Shown here in pieces: positions 18,842-27,523 of a DNA stretch of 34,939 nucleotides; within the stretch, counting starts at the first letter, position 1, and every line of letters starts with the position of its first letter. The position numbers were made by a program, and so were the translations under genes. Source of the stretch: a virus (Duplodnaviria > Caudoviricetes); the IMG/VR virus record IMGVR_UViG_3300012942_000092, positions 1-34,939 of that record. One strand, 5' to 3'. The notes beneath the pieces are model-generated. The model did not search any database, was not told the DNA's origin, and was given only the letters and a program-made list of their open reading frames with translations.

Positions 18842-19932
18842 TATGCTTGCACGGTTGTAGAATCGATCATATAGATCTCATCAACGTTAGAAATCACAGG
18901 TACTACACGACCCTGGGCGGTTGTGAATTCAGCCAGAGAAGGCGTGTTTGTGCTGTATTTACTTACCAGCATGTACTGGTCTACGGTTTGGTAAACCACG
19001 CCAGCAACTGGGCGTTTTGCTTCTGCAAGGCTGGCCCACTGGAGATCACCAACGATTTCGTTCTGCAAGAAAATTACAGAACCTGCTTGCCATGGGCGGA
19101 TGGTTTTCTTTTTGCCGTCTTTTTCGATTTTGACAGCGCGGTCAACTACATCGAAAACAAAACCGTATTTGGCAGAAACGGCCTGATTGAACTGATCAAC
19201 GGTAGGAACTGGGATAAGTGATTTATCGCCGTTCCATCCCTGAGCCCAGCCTAAAGTAGCTTTAGCCTCATCAGTTTTCAAGATATTCTGCATAGTGGCT
19301 TTGTCAAGCATCACAACAGAAGGTGAGTTTCCGTCTTCAGCGGCTTTCTTGCCGACGGTATTTTCGATATCGGCCAAAGGAGTAGAGGTAGTATCACTCC
19401 ACACTTTGGATACACCGAATTTGTTTTCAGCCAGGTAGCCGTAATCTACACGGACGCCGGTGCCGACATTTTCGGTATCTTCTACCAGGGTAACACCGCT
19501 GGAAAGGCCCCGCAAGAACATCAGCTCCAATCTTTCGTACATACCTCCGATTACTCTTGGGGTATCTTTGAAGATTTCAACAATGATTTGTTCTTTAGTG
19601 CCTCCGCTGGCAATGAGTGTGTCCAGATTAGTTAACTGGCTTTCGTTCATTTTCAGCATGATACCCAACTTAGTGATATCACCGGTTGCGGTTGAGATCT
19701 TATCCCTACGTTTTAAAGGCAGAGAAGAGTCCATGGCCACGACATCGGCAGCTACTAAGTAGTTGGATGCGCTGATAGATTCCCATTTACCGTTCAGGGA
19801 AAATTGGGGACGTAGCATCGTTTTGTAACGATAACGCAGCGGCGTTTTGGTGTCGTTTAATTTGCTGGTAACCCTGATTACCACGCCAGGTAGGTTATCT
19901 TTAACCCACTTTAAAAATAATGATTCGTTCAT
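18841..19932 (-). CDS. major capsid protein
   Basis: 363 aa; AADVVAMDSSLPLK.R and RVDYGY motifs; follows scaffold and decoration genes. Confidence 0.88.
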   Translation of the reverse strand: MNESLFLKWVKDNLPGVVIRVTSKLNDTKTPLRYRYKTMLRPQFSLNGKWESISASNYLVAADVVAMDSSLPLKRRDKISTATGDITKLGIMLKMNESQLTNLDTLIASGGTKEQIIVEIFKDTPRVIGGMYERLELMFLRGLSSGVTLVEDTENVGTGVRVDYGYLAENKFGVSKVWSDTTSTPLADIENTVGKKAAEDGNSPSVVMLDKATMQNILKTDEAKATLGWAQGWNGDKSLIPVPTVDQFNQAVSAKYGFVFDVVDRAVKIEKDGKKKTIRPWQAGSVIFLQNEIVGDLQWASLAEAKRPVAGVVYQTVDQYMLVSKYSTNTPSLAEFTTAQGRVVPVISNVDEIYMIDSTTVQA

Positions 19933-19935
19933 AGG

Positions 19936-20595
19936 TTAGTCCTCCCGGAAGTCTATTAAAGGCAGTGCAGTCTTGATTGCAGACAGAATACTGTCATAAG
20001 AAAACTGTGCAGCTTTAGGGTTAACGGTTCCCCTTACCAGAATACCGGCAAAGGCTTTACTAGTGAGAATGGAATTAATTAGCACACCTGCATAAGTGTG
20101 ACCTGCAGGTAATGTTCCGTATGCACTTGCTTTGGTATCGACTACATCGACAGCCACGGCAAAGCCAGAGCCGTCACCGCCAATATTGGCAGCATCGGCA
20201 CTTAAGGAATCGCCTGATGCATATCCAGTTCCAGCCACGGTCAGATCAACGGCTGTTACTTTACCGCCTGCTACAGTGATGTTTGCTTTAGCGCCTGATC
20301 CAGTACCGCCAGTTAAGGCAACATCAGAATAAGTGTCGTCGGCAGCATAGCCAGATCCAGCAGTGATAGTGCCAAAACCCAGGATAGCTCCGGATCCAGT
20401 CACAGGAAAGGGTTTTAATTCGCCATTGGAAGTCTGCTTGATGATTGGGTGCCCGGCCTGAATTGTATCAAGTGGGAAACCTGTCACATCCAACGTGCGA
20501 CCGCCGCGAATAGACTGGAAATTGTCAACTATGACAATTGAGTCCAGCTCGGAGTCAACAACAACAGGGGTGTTGTTTAGGTTAGCGTACGCCAT
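19936..20595 (-). CDS. head decoration protein with a Gly/Ala/Thr-rich insertion
   Basis: GGRTLDVTGF..AGH.II and LPAGHTYAGVL..GIL.RGTVN flanks; directly upstream of the major capsid gene. Confidence 0.7.
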   Translation of the reverse strand: MAYANLNNTPVVVDSELDSIVIVDNFQSIRGGRTLDVTGFPLDTIQAGHPIIKQTSNGELKPFPVTGSGAILGFGTITAGSGYAADDTYSDVALTGGTGSGAKANITVAGGKVTAVDLTVAGTGYASGDSLSADAANIGGDGSGFAVAVDVVDTKASAYGTLPAGHTYAGVLINSILTSKAFAGILVRGTVNPKAAQFSYDSILSAIKTALPLIDFRED

Positions 20596-20612
20596 AAGGT
20601 TAGTTTTTAAAA

Positions 20613-21275
20613 TTACATGAGTAAATCTCCGATGGTGTCAAGCTCTTTTTCTGACAGTCCTGTTTTTACGGTAGAATTACCATTTACAGGTGCTGGCATA
20701 CCGCCTAATCCATCGTCGGTTGTTTGCTGTGCGATCTCACCGGCTTTATTCAGTTTTGCTTCTACAAAAGCGTTGAAATCATCATCATCAGCAAATTGCT
20801 TTGCCTCGAATAGTTCCAAATAGCTTTCTTTGATTACTTCTGGTAAGCCTTTTACTTCGCCCAGCTTGGATTCAAAAACTTGTTTCCGTGTGCTACCGGT
20901 CCTCTCTGCTTTTAGGCTGATCACTTCTTGGGCAATCTTGGTAACAGCTTCTAATACGACCTTTAGTTCTGGATTTTCTACTTTTGTTTCCGTTTTTTGT
21001 GGATCAGGATTTGCAGGAGGTTCTTTCTTTTCTTCATCTGCGCCCTTAGCTTCGGGTTTTAACTCCTTACGTAAGTTCGCAATTTCGGTACGATGTGAAT
21101 CGCTTAAAGATTGGATCATTTGCAGTTCTTCGTCGACCCCGTCCACGGCGGTTTCGATATCTTCTTCCTTTTCAACCTTTTTTGCCAATTGAGCGGCCTT
21201 AAGTTCAAGGATTTTTGCGCTTAACCCTAAGTGCTTATACTTAGTTTTAAGCATGGCTAAGATTTTTTCTTTCAT
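20613..21275 (-). CDS. capsid scaffolding protein (start probably MKEKIL at 21275)
   Basis: charged helical protein upstream of decoration/capsid genes; the ORF-track start at 21317 overlaps a promoter-like box. Confidence 0.7.
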   Translation of the reverse strand: MKEKILAMLKTKYKHLGLSAKILELKAAQLAKKVEKEEDIETAVDGVDEELQMIQSLSDSHRTEIANLRKELKPEAKGADEEKKEPPANPDPQKTETKVENPELKVVLEAVTKIAQEVISLKAERTGSTRKQVFESKLGEVKGLPEVIKESYLELFEAKQFADDDDFNAFVEAKLNKAGEIAQQTTDDGLGGMPAPVNGNSTVKTGLSEKELDTIGDLLM

Positions 21276-21313
21276 GAAAAATGTTAGTTTTGGTTGCGGA
21301 TTATTCCGATATA

Positions 21314-21346
21314 ACAAAGTTCAGGAAGGATAGGCGGTAGGACAAA
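21314..21346 (-). promoter_or_regulatory. variant Bacteroidota promoter (TTTG-N20-GAACTTTG) for the capsid operon
   Basis: CTGAACTTTGT is also found upstream of the portal gene (27456..27466). Confidence 0.5.
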
Positions 21347-21506
21347 TTAGCCAATGTAGGAACGTGCAGAATTATATTTAAATGTTATAACCTCGGTGAC
21401 TGGTATGATTTCCGATTTGGCTAATTGTTTTTAATTCATTATGACGTCGCACAAAAAAGACCTTACAAGAATGAAAGGGCGTACTAAACCATAAAAATGA
21501 GAACCT

Positions 21507-23567
21507 CTAAAAATATTTTCCGTTTTCTGTAAGCCAATCCGGTGTTGTTTTCCAACCTTCCATACGTTTTTTATTGGCTTTTATCCAGGCCTGTGCGGTT
21601 TTGGGAATCTTTGTAATGTATTTGATTTTAGGTTTCTTTTCGGATATCCCTAAATTGAAGTCTGACATAGCTTCCCTTTCTGCAATTGAGCAAAGAATGG
21701 GAACTTCATAGCAAATGCAGTTACTGCCCCAGGTACACTTACCATTTCTCCTTACATAAAGTGTGTTGTTCTTTTCTAATGTCAAGTCATAAACCATTCC
21801 ATCATAAGGAATCAATTCTTTATCGTACACTGTAGTTGTTTTGGAATGGCATTCGTGTATTTTAATTAAGTCATTATTAATTGTGTATACACCATTATTA
21901 AACTCCTGCCTTTTACCTTTTGTTTTATCTATCGAAAAAGATGGCCGTTTCCCTATTTTTAATAACAACTCTCCCAATTGGCCGGCCATTATTTTGGATG
22001 AAGTAAACATCCATCTGTCTGGGCGCTTAGGAATGAATGAACCTCCTCTGTTCCCGACAAATGGATTTGGCTTTCTGATTGACCCATCGCAAGAAATAAA
22101 CGCATTCAGGAATATTTCAATTTGCCTTGGGCTAGAATTCATTATTTCTTCTGGAACAAACTTATCTGGCGACTTGCCGAATTGTGACAAATAATAATAA
22201 AAATCATTATCGTGAGAATGAAACCCATCATTCCGGATTGTGTATTTTACCCCAATTTTATCAAGACATTCTTTTATTTCCGCTCTATTTAACTCATCAT
22301 TGCCTTTCATAGCCGCAATACCCCATGCCGTTCTTGATTGAATAACTGCGCCATCAGTCAGGTAATACCCCATAAATTGACAAAACAAATCGAATCCGAT
22401 TATGTGATTTCCTATAACCATATTCCTTTGATCTGGTGCTGAATATTCAGATGACCTGTAGAAGTGACCCTTCCCTTTGGTCATTTCATCTGCCCTTCTA
22501 TGGGAAATGAACTTCTTTGAATGAGGGCTTATAACAAACATTGGGTGACCAGGGGTTACAACCATATCAAAAAAAGCATTTTTAAAATGAACCATATTGC
22601 CGATATAGTTATTTGCATGTGTTTCAATGCATTTTACATACTCCAAATTTTTGGTTTCTGTGTTTAACGACAAAATCATTTCGCCAATTTCTACGTCTTT
22701 AAAATACCTCCACCCAGATTTAGTATACACTTCGGTTTGGTCGTCATAACAGTTTACATGCCATTTCGTAAAATTAAACTCTTTCGGGTACTTGCCTGCT
22801 AAATTATCGCACATATCATATTTCGGGTGTGATATAGATGTTTTGACTTCTTTTCCGATTATCCACCATTTGCCCTGCATCTGCCTGTAATCATTGGCTA
22901 AATAAGCCTTGTTGATCTCATTCCTGGCAGTTCTGTAAGCGTTCTTTTTCGGGTCTTTATATACTCCTGGACCGCTGGACTTCATGGCACCTTTACGGTT
23001 GGTGAGCGCCGCTTCTCGAAGGTCTTTAGAAAGCTCTCTGGCACTTCTACCTGTCTTCAATCCTTCGGTTATCGTTTCTTTAATAAACTTCCTAGCGGAC
23101 TTTTTCCATACACGACTGGATAAGTTCAGGTCTTTTTTGATAAATTGCCTAGCTGCAGCTTCTGATCCGGTACCGTATGCTTTCCGGATCCTTCCAAAGT
23201 TCGATTCCATATTATCAGATACGGATATCGGCTTGATAGGCGGCTTATCTCCACCAAAGGCGGACTTCTCCACCAAATCAATCTTTTGTTCTGATAATGC
23301 CCAGGATTTAATGGCGCCTTTCTTAATTTCAAGGCCAATACGACCTGTGAGCGTGTCTAATATGGTTCCTATTTTTTCCTGTACATACTTAGGCAGCGTT
23401 CTGTTATTGACTAACCTAGCCCTGGCAGAGAAATAAGCCACGTCGGTATAAGCCTGGTTGATCAGCTCAACAATACGAGCCATGACCGCTTCTGAAATAC
23501 GAATGTTTTTGCGTTCGTAGTCCTTTATTAAGTCCTCTAACGTGTATTTGGTCTTGGTCTTAGGCAT
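21507..23567 (-). CDS. MuF/SPP1 gp7-like minor head protein interrupted by an intein
   Basis: GRSARELSKDLR, GPGVYK...NAYR.ARNEIN, CD.LAGKYPK.F.F..WHVN|C.C motif split by the intein. Confidence 0.85.
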   Translation of the reverse strand: MPKTKTKYTLEDLIKDYERKNIRISEAVMARIVELINQAYTDVAYFSARARLVNNRTLPKYVQEKIGTILDTLTGRIGLEIKKGAIKSWALSEQKIDLVEKSAFGGDKPPIKPISVSDNMESNFGRIRKAYGTGSEAAARQFIKKDLNLSSRVWKKSARKFIKETITEGLKTGRSARELSKDLREAALTNRKGAMKSSGPGVYKDPKKNAYRTARNEINKAYLANDYRQMQGKWWIIGKEVKTSISHPKYDMCDNLAGKYPKEFNFTKWHVNCYDDQTEVYTKSGWRYFKDVEIGEMILSLNTETKNLEYVKCIETHANNYIGNMVHFKNAFFDMVVTPGHPMFVISPHSKKFISHRRADEMTKGKGHFYRSSEYSAPDQRNMVIGNHIIGFDLFCQFMGYYLTDGAVIQSRTAWGIAAMKGNDELNRAEIKECLDKIGVKYTIRNDGFHSHDNDFYYYLSQFGKSPDKFVPEEIMNSSPRQIEIFLNAFISCDGSIRKPNPFVGNRGGSFIPKRPDRWMFTSSKIMAGQLGELLLKIGKRPSFSIDKTKGKRQEFNNGVYTINNDLIKIHECHSKTTTVYDKELIPYDGMVYDLTLEKNNTLYVRRNGKCTWGSNCICYEVPILCSIAEREAMSDFNLGISEKKPKIKYITKIPKTAQAWIKANKKRMEGWKTTPDWLTENGKYF
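21720..22751 (-). mobile_element. intein with LAGLIDADG homing endonuclease (344 aa)
   Basis: starts CYDDQTEV; block B TPGH; FMGYYLTDG and FLNAFISCDG; ends VYDL...WGSN followed by Cys+1. Confidence 0.9.
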
Positions 23568-23806
23568 TACTTAGTTGCAAATAAGGATACAGGCGGCATA
23601 CTTATACCGCAAACTTTAAGATAAATAGGCGCTCCGGCCTGAATGGCTAGTACTTCCTCCGGTGTAGGCTCCCAGGCTGTCATAACGAACGGCAATCCAT
23701 CTTCATCAGTACCTCTAAGAGCGTGTACGGATCCACATTGTTCGTCGGTTATATCTTCAGGGCGGGTTAATATTACATTCGCCCCTTCAAATTTTATTGG
23801 TGTCAT
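23567..23806 (-). CDS. hypothetical phage protein
   Basis: 79 aa, translationally coupled to the MuF gene; W.PT.EE...I..G.PIYL..G..MPPV pattern. Confidence 0.75.
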   Translation of the reverse strand: MTPIKFEGANVILTRPEDITDEQCGSVHALRGTDEDGLPFVMTAWEPTPEEVLAIQAGAPIYLKVCGISMPPVSLFATK

Positions 23807-23811
23807 GATTC

Positions 23812-24072
23812 CTAATTTATTTTATAGTCTTTTTCTGATGTTAACTCAAATGATTCATATTCAGCTTCTCTATCAAAGAATGATACCTTATAAGCAAGCC
23901 TGCCACTACGTACAACAATGCCAGTAACGATTAATCTGTTTTGATCCGGATCTGTTTTTGCATACACAAATGATTCTATTGGAAAGGCCGGATTTAGCAT
24001 GATTGTGCCATCACTGAAAGAATTATAATCAGGTACACTATCAGAACTGTTGCTATGTAGATTAGGTTCCAT
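23812..24072 (-). CDS. hypothetical protein
   Basis: co-oriented, tightly packed; VY.KTDPDQ..IVT motif. Confidence 0.7.
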   Translation of the reverse strand: MEPNLHSNSSDSVPDYNSFSDGTIMLNPAFPIESFVYAKTDPDQNRLIVTGIVVRSGRLAYKVSFFDREAEYESFELTSEKDYKIN

Positions 24073-24085
24073 TTGCGGTTAGTCA

Positions 24086-24721
24086 TTATTGAAGTTTCTT
24101 AGCTTCTTTTAACAATAGGTCTCTAATGTATGTGATATCAGACGCTATTTTGCGCCCGTCATTCAGGACTATAGTAAGCATATCGGTACTGCTGTCGAAC
24201 TCAATTTGCTTGTATGTGCTTCCAGGCTTTTCCATAGTGTTCCCATGATAGTAATAATATTCTGGATCATTTACACGTATGTACCCGTTTTTGTCGGGGA
24301 TTTCACTGTATAGGCCATGGCTGCAATTCATAAAAGGCACGCCGCCAATGGTTCCGCTTTCTTTAATGATTTCACCAGGTACAATATCCTTCGCATCAAT
24401 AGTAACCGCTTTCCCCTTTGCTTTCTTTTTCAGGCGCTTGACATCTTTGTCAATGCCACGAACGACTTCATAAAGAGATTGCAAACCGGAATCTGTGTTG
24501 TTGGACTTTTTTCGGTCTGCAATAGCATCGTTTAATAGCCCGTTTATATTGGTACAAGTACACTGTGTTCTGACGTCCAAACGGGTTAATTCGATATCCA
24601 CCTTGTCCAATCTCTTTTCCAGCGGTGACCGGTACAACTTCCTTAATGCCAGGCCGATTAAACCACCTAAAAACATTGTGATAAATACGCCTAAAAGGAA
24701 TGCGAATAATTGAGGGTTCAT
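24086..24721 (-). CDS. membrane-anchored hypothetical protein
   Basis: N-terminal TM segment plus coiled-coil. Confidence 0.7.
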   Translation of the reverse strand: MNPQLFAFLLGVFITMFLGGLIGLALRKLYRSPLEKRLDKVDIELTRLDVRTQCTCTNINGLLNDAIADRKKSNNTDSGLQSLYEVVRGIDKDVKRLKKKAKGKAVTIDAKDIVPGEIIKESGTIGGVPFMNCSHGLYSEIPDKNGYIRVNDPEYYYYHGNTMEKPGSTYKQIEFDSSTDMLTIVLNDGRKIASDITYIRDLLLKEAKKLQ

Positions 24722-24999
24722 GATTTTGTAATTCTTTCGTTTAATTGTAATTTGATTTTAAGGCTACTAAGTTTACTCATTGCCCTACTAACATTGAACT
24801 GTTTTGCATCGAAATAGGATTGATAAATAATTAGTTGAGTCTCTTTTGAAAGATTACCCATTAAATTGGGGATCTCTACATAATTATTGTATATTATATC
24901 TTCCAAAATGTTAATAATTTCTTCACGAAATATATTGGATGGTATGAATGCTGATATATTTTGTAGCTTTTCGAGTAGTACTATCCTTGCTGTAGTCAT
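24718..24999 (-). CDS. hypothetical protein (AT-rich)
   Basis: ATGA overlap with the next gene; A-rich start context. Confidence 0.6.
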   Translation of the reverse strand: MTTARIVLLEKLQNISAFIPSNIFREEIINILEDIIYNNYVEIPNLMGNLSKETQLIIYQSYFDAKQFNVSRAMSKLSSLKIKLQLNERITKS

Positions 25000-25008
25000 G
25001 ATTTTGTT

Positions 25009-25374
25009 TTAAAAGGATCTCAAAATGCAGCTTCCTACTTTCTTTTGCCTGACAATAGTCTTGTCGCCTGATTTGTTCCACTTTTGCCGGCCAGTTGATT
25101 GCAAGTATTGGCCGTATTCTTTGGGGCGCATACCTGACCCTTTCCGGTCTCTGACAGGATAATACCTCTGTTCTGCCATTGTATCGGCCTTCCTTTCTAC
25201 CTTTTTAGGTTGTTCTTTGGCCGCTTGAGCTTGTTCCGTAATGGCTTGATTGGTTTCTGCACTGGCATTGTTTGTAGCCCAACCAAAAGCGCCTAGAGTA
25301 AGGCCTAACATTGCTAATTTGGCTATTGTTTGGGATCCTAACCCTTTCAGTTTTCTTTTTCTTGATTTTGGCAT
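25009..25374 (-). CDS. hypothetical protein with signal/anchor sequence
   Basis: basic N-terminus, hydrophobic stretch, ASA|E possible cleavage site. Confidence 0.65.
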   Translation of the reverse strand: MPKSRKRKLKGLGSQTIAKLAMLGLTLGAFGWATNNASAETNQAITEQAQAAKEQPKKVERKADTMAEQRYYPVRDRKGSGMRPKEYGQYLQSTGRQKWNKSGDKTIVRQKKVGSCILRSF

Positions 25375-25394
25375 TGTTGGTTTTATTTTTTGGT

Positions 25395-25610
25395 TTAATA
25401 ATAATCTTCCATAAAGTCGCTGTCATCCATACCCCATATAGCTACCACGAACATACCTGCAACAACGGCAATCGAAAGGGCCAGCATGGACCATGGAATA
25501 AAAACGATCCACCATGACCAGGCAATTACATTAAAGAGCTTCAGGGCAATAAAGACGGTTCCCAGTATAAGTGTGCTGAAAAGCGTGAGGATTGTTTTGT
25601 CGGTTGACAT
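25395..25610 (-). CDS. small multi-TM membrane protein
   Basis: FIALKL..VI.WSWW.VF.P.W pattern; hydrophobic throughout. Confidence 0.75.
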   Translation of the reverse strand: MSTDKTILTLFSTLILGTVFIALKLFNVIAWSWWIVFIPWSMLALSIAVVAGMFVVAIWGMDDSDFMEDYY

Positions 25611-25857
25611 TATTTTTTGGTTTTGATGAACGTTTTAAAATCCGGTTTTATGCAGGCCCGGCAACTGCGGCACTCCAGATGCCATATTGCAAATGGAAAA
25701 AACAAAAAACCTTTTTAAAAGTGGGGTATCGTATTACTCCAATACCATGGGTGAAACTCAAAATATCTTCGGGCGCTATATCCACTCTCATTTACTTCAA
25801 TTTGGCCTTCATTGTTTCAGATTAAGATCCAATAGCGCCCTCTCTCTTATAGTGTTG

Positions 25858-25929
25858 CGGAGGGTATCGGATTCGAACCGATAACAACGGATAGACAATC
25901 CGTGATGATAACCATTTCACCAACTCTCC
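25858..25929 (-). tRNA. phage tRNA-Asp(GUC), atypical
   Basis: cloverleaf: GGAGAGT/ACCCTCC acceptor, GTGA/TCAT D-stem, ACGGA-TTGTCTA-TCCGT anticodon arm, ATCGG-TTCGAAT-CCGAT T-arm, discriminator G. Confidence 0.8.
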
Positions 25930-25990
25930 ATAAAACCCCCTCTATGTAGAAACATTGGGGGTAAAATTCAAATATTCATGTTCAACACAA

Positions 25991-26032
25991 CAAATATATT
26001 AAGAAAAATAATAACTGACAAATAGTAAGTTA
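25991..26032 (-). promoter_or_regulatory. promoter of the tRNA/accessory island, overlapped by an 18-bp shared motif
   Basis: TTTG (26022..26019)-N20-TATATTTG (25998..25991); TAACTTACTATTTGTCAG at 26032..26015. Confidence 0.7.
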
Positions 26033-27442
26033 ATCTTCTTCTTCATTTTGTTGGTCGTCGAGCGCTTCTGCTGAATTTGCTTCGGTTTCAAGCCTTGTAA
26101 CTTCTTCTTCTGCATTGTCTACTAATGGGTTAAGAGAAACAGCAGTTTGGCGGCTCATAATCTTATTGTTGACAGCAGATACCAGGTTTTCTATTGTGTC
26201 AGTATCAGAACCGATCATGTAAGGGGTAACTATGTTATCGATAGCCAGATTTAAAATCGTTGTTGCGTATGGCTTATTCATGAGCGAAAGGAAGGCCAAT
26301 TGAATGTTTGACCGCCTGGTCAGATAGCTATCGAGTATCTCCATTTTGTTCTGAACTTTCAAATGTGGGTCCATAAACAGCAACTTTAACGATGTTCCGG
26401 AAGCTGCACTACCAATGCCTTTAACGGATTCAAAAGAGATATCCGGAGTTTGAGTAAGTGAGAATATCTGTCTTAAAAGGGTCTCGATCTCCAGCTTTAA
26501 AGATTCCGGTGACCTATCCCATGAAACATATTCTGCACTGGCTGGCTGATCTTGACCGTCTATAGCTTGTAACAATCTACCTGCAGTACCTTTCTTTGGC
26601 ATTGATTCTATCTGGCCATTGATCAGCAGGAATGGACTGGAAAAATAGTCGTTCGTGTCTCCCAGGTTCGATAAGATTGTTTCTAAGCGGTCTATCAATG
26701 TCTGCACCCTGTAATATTCTGGATGATCCTGAGTAGCGTAAACAATTGGGATCTTCTTGATCACTAAAGGAAGTTCCGGTTGATCTTCCACCCAATCGCT
26801 TTCGTCTTTCTTCCAACGGAAATAACTTTCACTGGTCCAGGTCTCAAAGAAATCAATTGTTTTTTCACCTGACTTCATTTGAAAGGCACGGGAAAACGCA
26901 ATCATTTTACCGTATTCATCGAAATAAGGATAGAGTGTGTCACCGTTTAAAGGGCTGAATATCTTGCATTTAAGCTCATTAGGTGATTTGAAGCCGTACC
27001 GTTCATTGGGATCCGTTTTAGCAGTGTACCAATATTCTGCTACTTCTGTAGCCGTAAACAGAGACCTTGCAACCTCTCTGTTTATAGAATCGATCTTATT
27101 ATCCTTGTTGATACGGCTGATGGCTTTCATAATGCTGTCTACTATGTCGCCTTCAATGGATGGCTGCAGCTTGACTTCATTACCAAACATAAAAGCTACC
27201 GCCCGTTCAATTATGGTCCATTGCAGAGCCAGCGCGGTGCGACAAACGGATAAAGTAACTGGATTGCCGTTTTCGTCTTCTGATTGCTTATCCCGGCGGA
27301 TGGTCACATCCATAATGTCATGGCCTTCCGGGTCTATTTTCTTTTTAATATCCTCAATATCTGGTTGATCTTTCTGTCTGCCACTTTTAAGGGCGGAGAT
27401 CTGATCATCTATTGAGCCTTTTAAAATATCTTTGATGTCCAT
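26030..27442 (-). CDS. portal protein (SPP1 Gp6-like)
   Basis: 470 aa after TerL; LYPYFDEYG, DTNDYF, TQTPDISF, SG.SLKLLF.D.HLKV motifs. Confidence 0.92.
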   Translation of the reverse strand: MDIKDILKGSIDDQISALKSGRQKDQPDIEDIKKKIDPEGHDIMDVTIRRDKQSEDENGNPVTLSVCRTALALQWTIIERAVAFMFGNEVKLQPSIEGDIVDSIMKAISRINKDNKIDSINREVARSLFTATEVAEYWYTAKTDPNERYGFKSPNELKCKIFSPLNGDTLYPYFDEYGKMIAFSRAFQMKSGEKTIDFFETWTSESYFRWKKDESDWVEDQPELPLVIKKIPIVYATQDHPEYYRVQTLIDRLETILSNLGDTNDYFSSPFLLINGQIESMPKKGTAGRLLQAIDGQDQPASAEYVSWDRSPESLKLEIETLLRQIFSLTQTPDISFESVKGIGSAASGTSLKLLFMDPHLKVQNKMEILDSYLTRRSNIQLAFLSLMNKPYATTILNLAIDNIVTPYMIGSDTDTIENLVSAVNNKIMSRQTAVSLNPLVDNAEEEVTRLETEANSAEALDDQQNEEED

Positions 27443-27455
27443 AAGCGTAGTTTGT

Positions 27456-27466
27456 ACAAAGTTCAG
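27456..27466 (-). promoter_or_regulatory. CTGAACTTTGT box upstream of the portal gene
   Basis: identical 11-mer upstream of the scaffold gene. Confidence 0.45.
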
Positions 27467-27523
27467 TTAGTTGTTTTGCGGCAATCATTTGTTATTCATT
27501 AGATTAGACGTAAGTATATAATT

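Noticed and set aside
21507-21720. MuF C-terminal polymorphic toxin
   Set aside because: Only about 70 aa follow the intein and they look like an ordinary MuF ending; the extra length is explained by the intein
25592-25884. Plus-strand ORFs of 77 and 65 aa
   Set aside because: Antisense to the island transcript; one overlaps the tRNA-Asp
25858-25929. The tRNA-like sequence as an att duplicate of tRNA-Arg
   Set aside because: Different isotype; similarity is limited to the universal T-loop; it lies inside the head module
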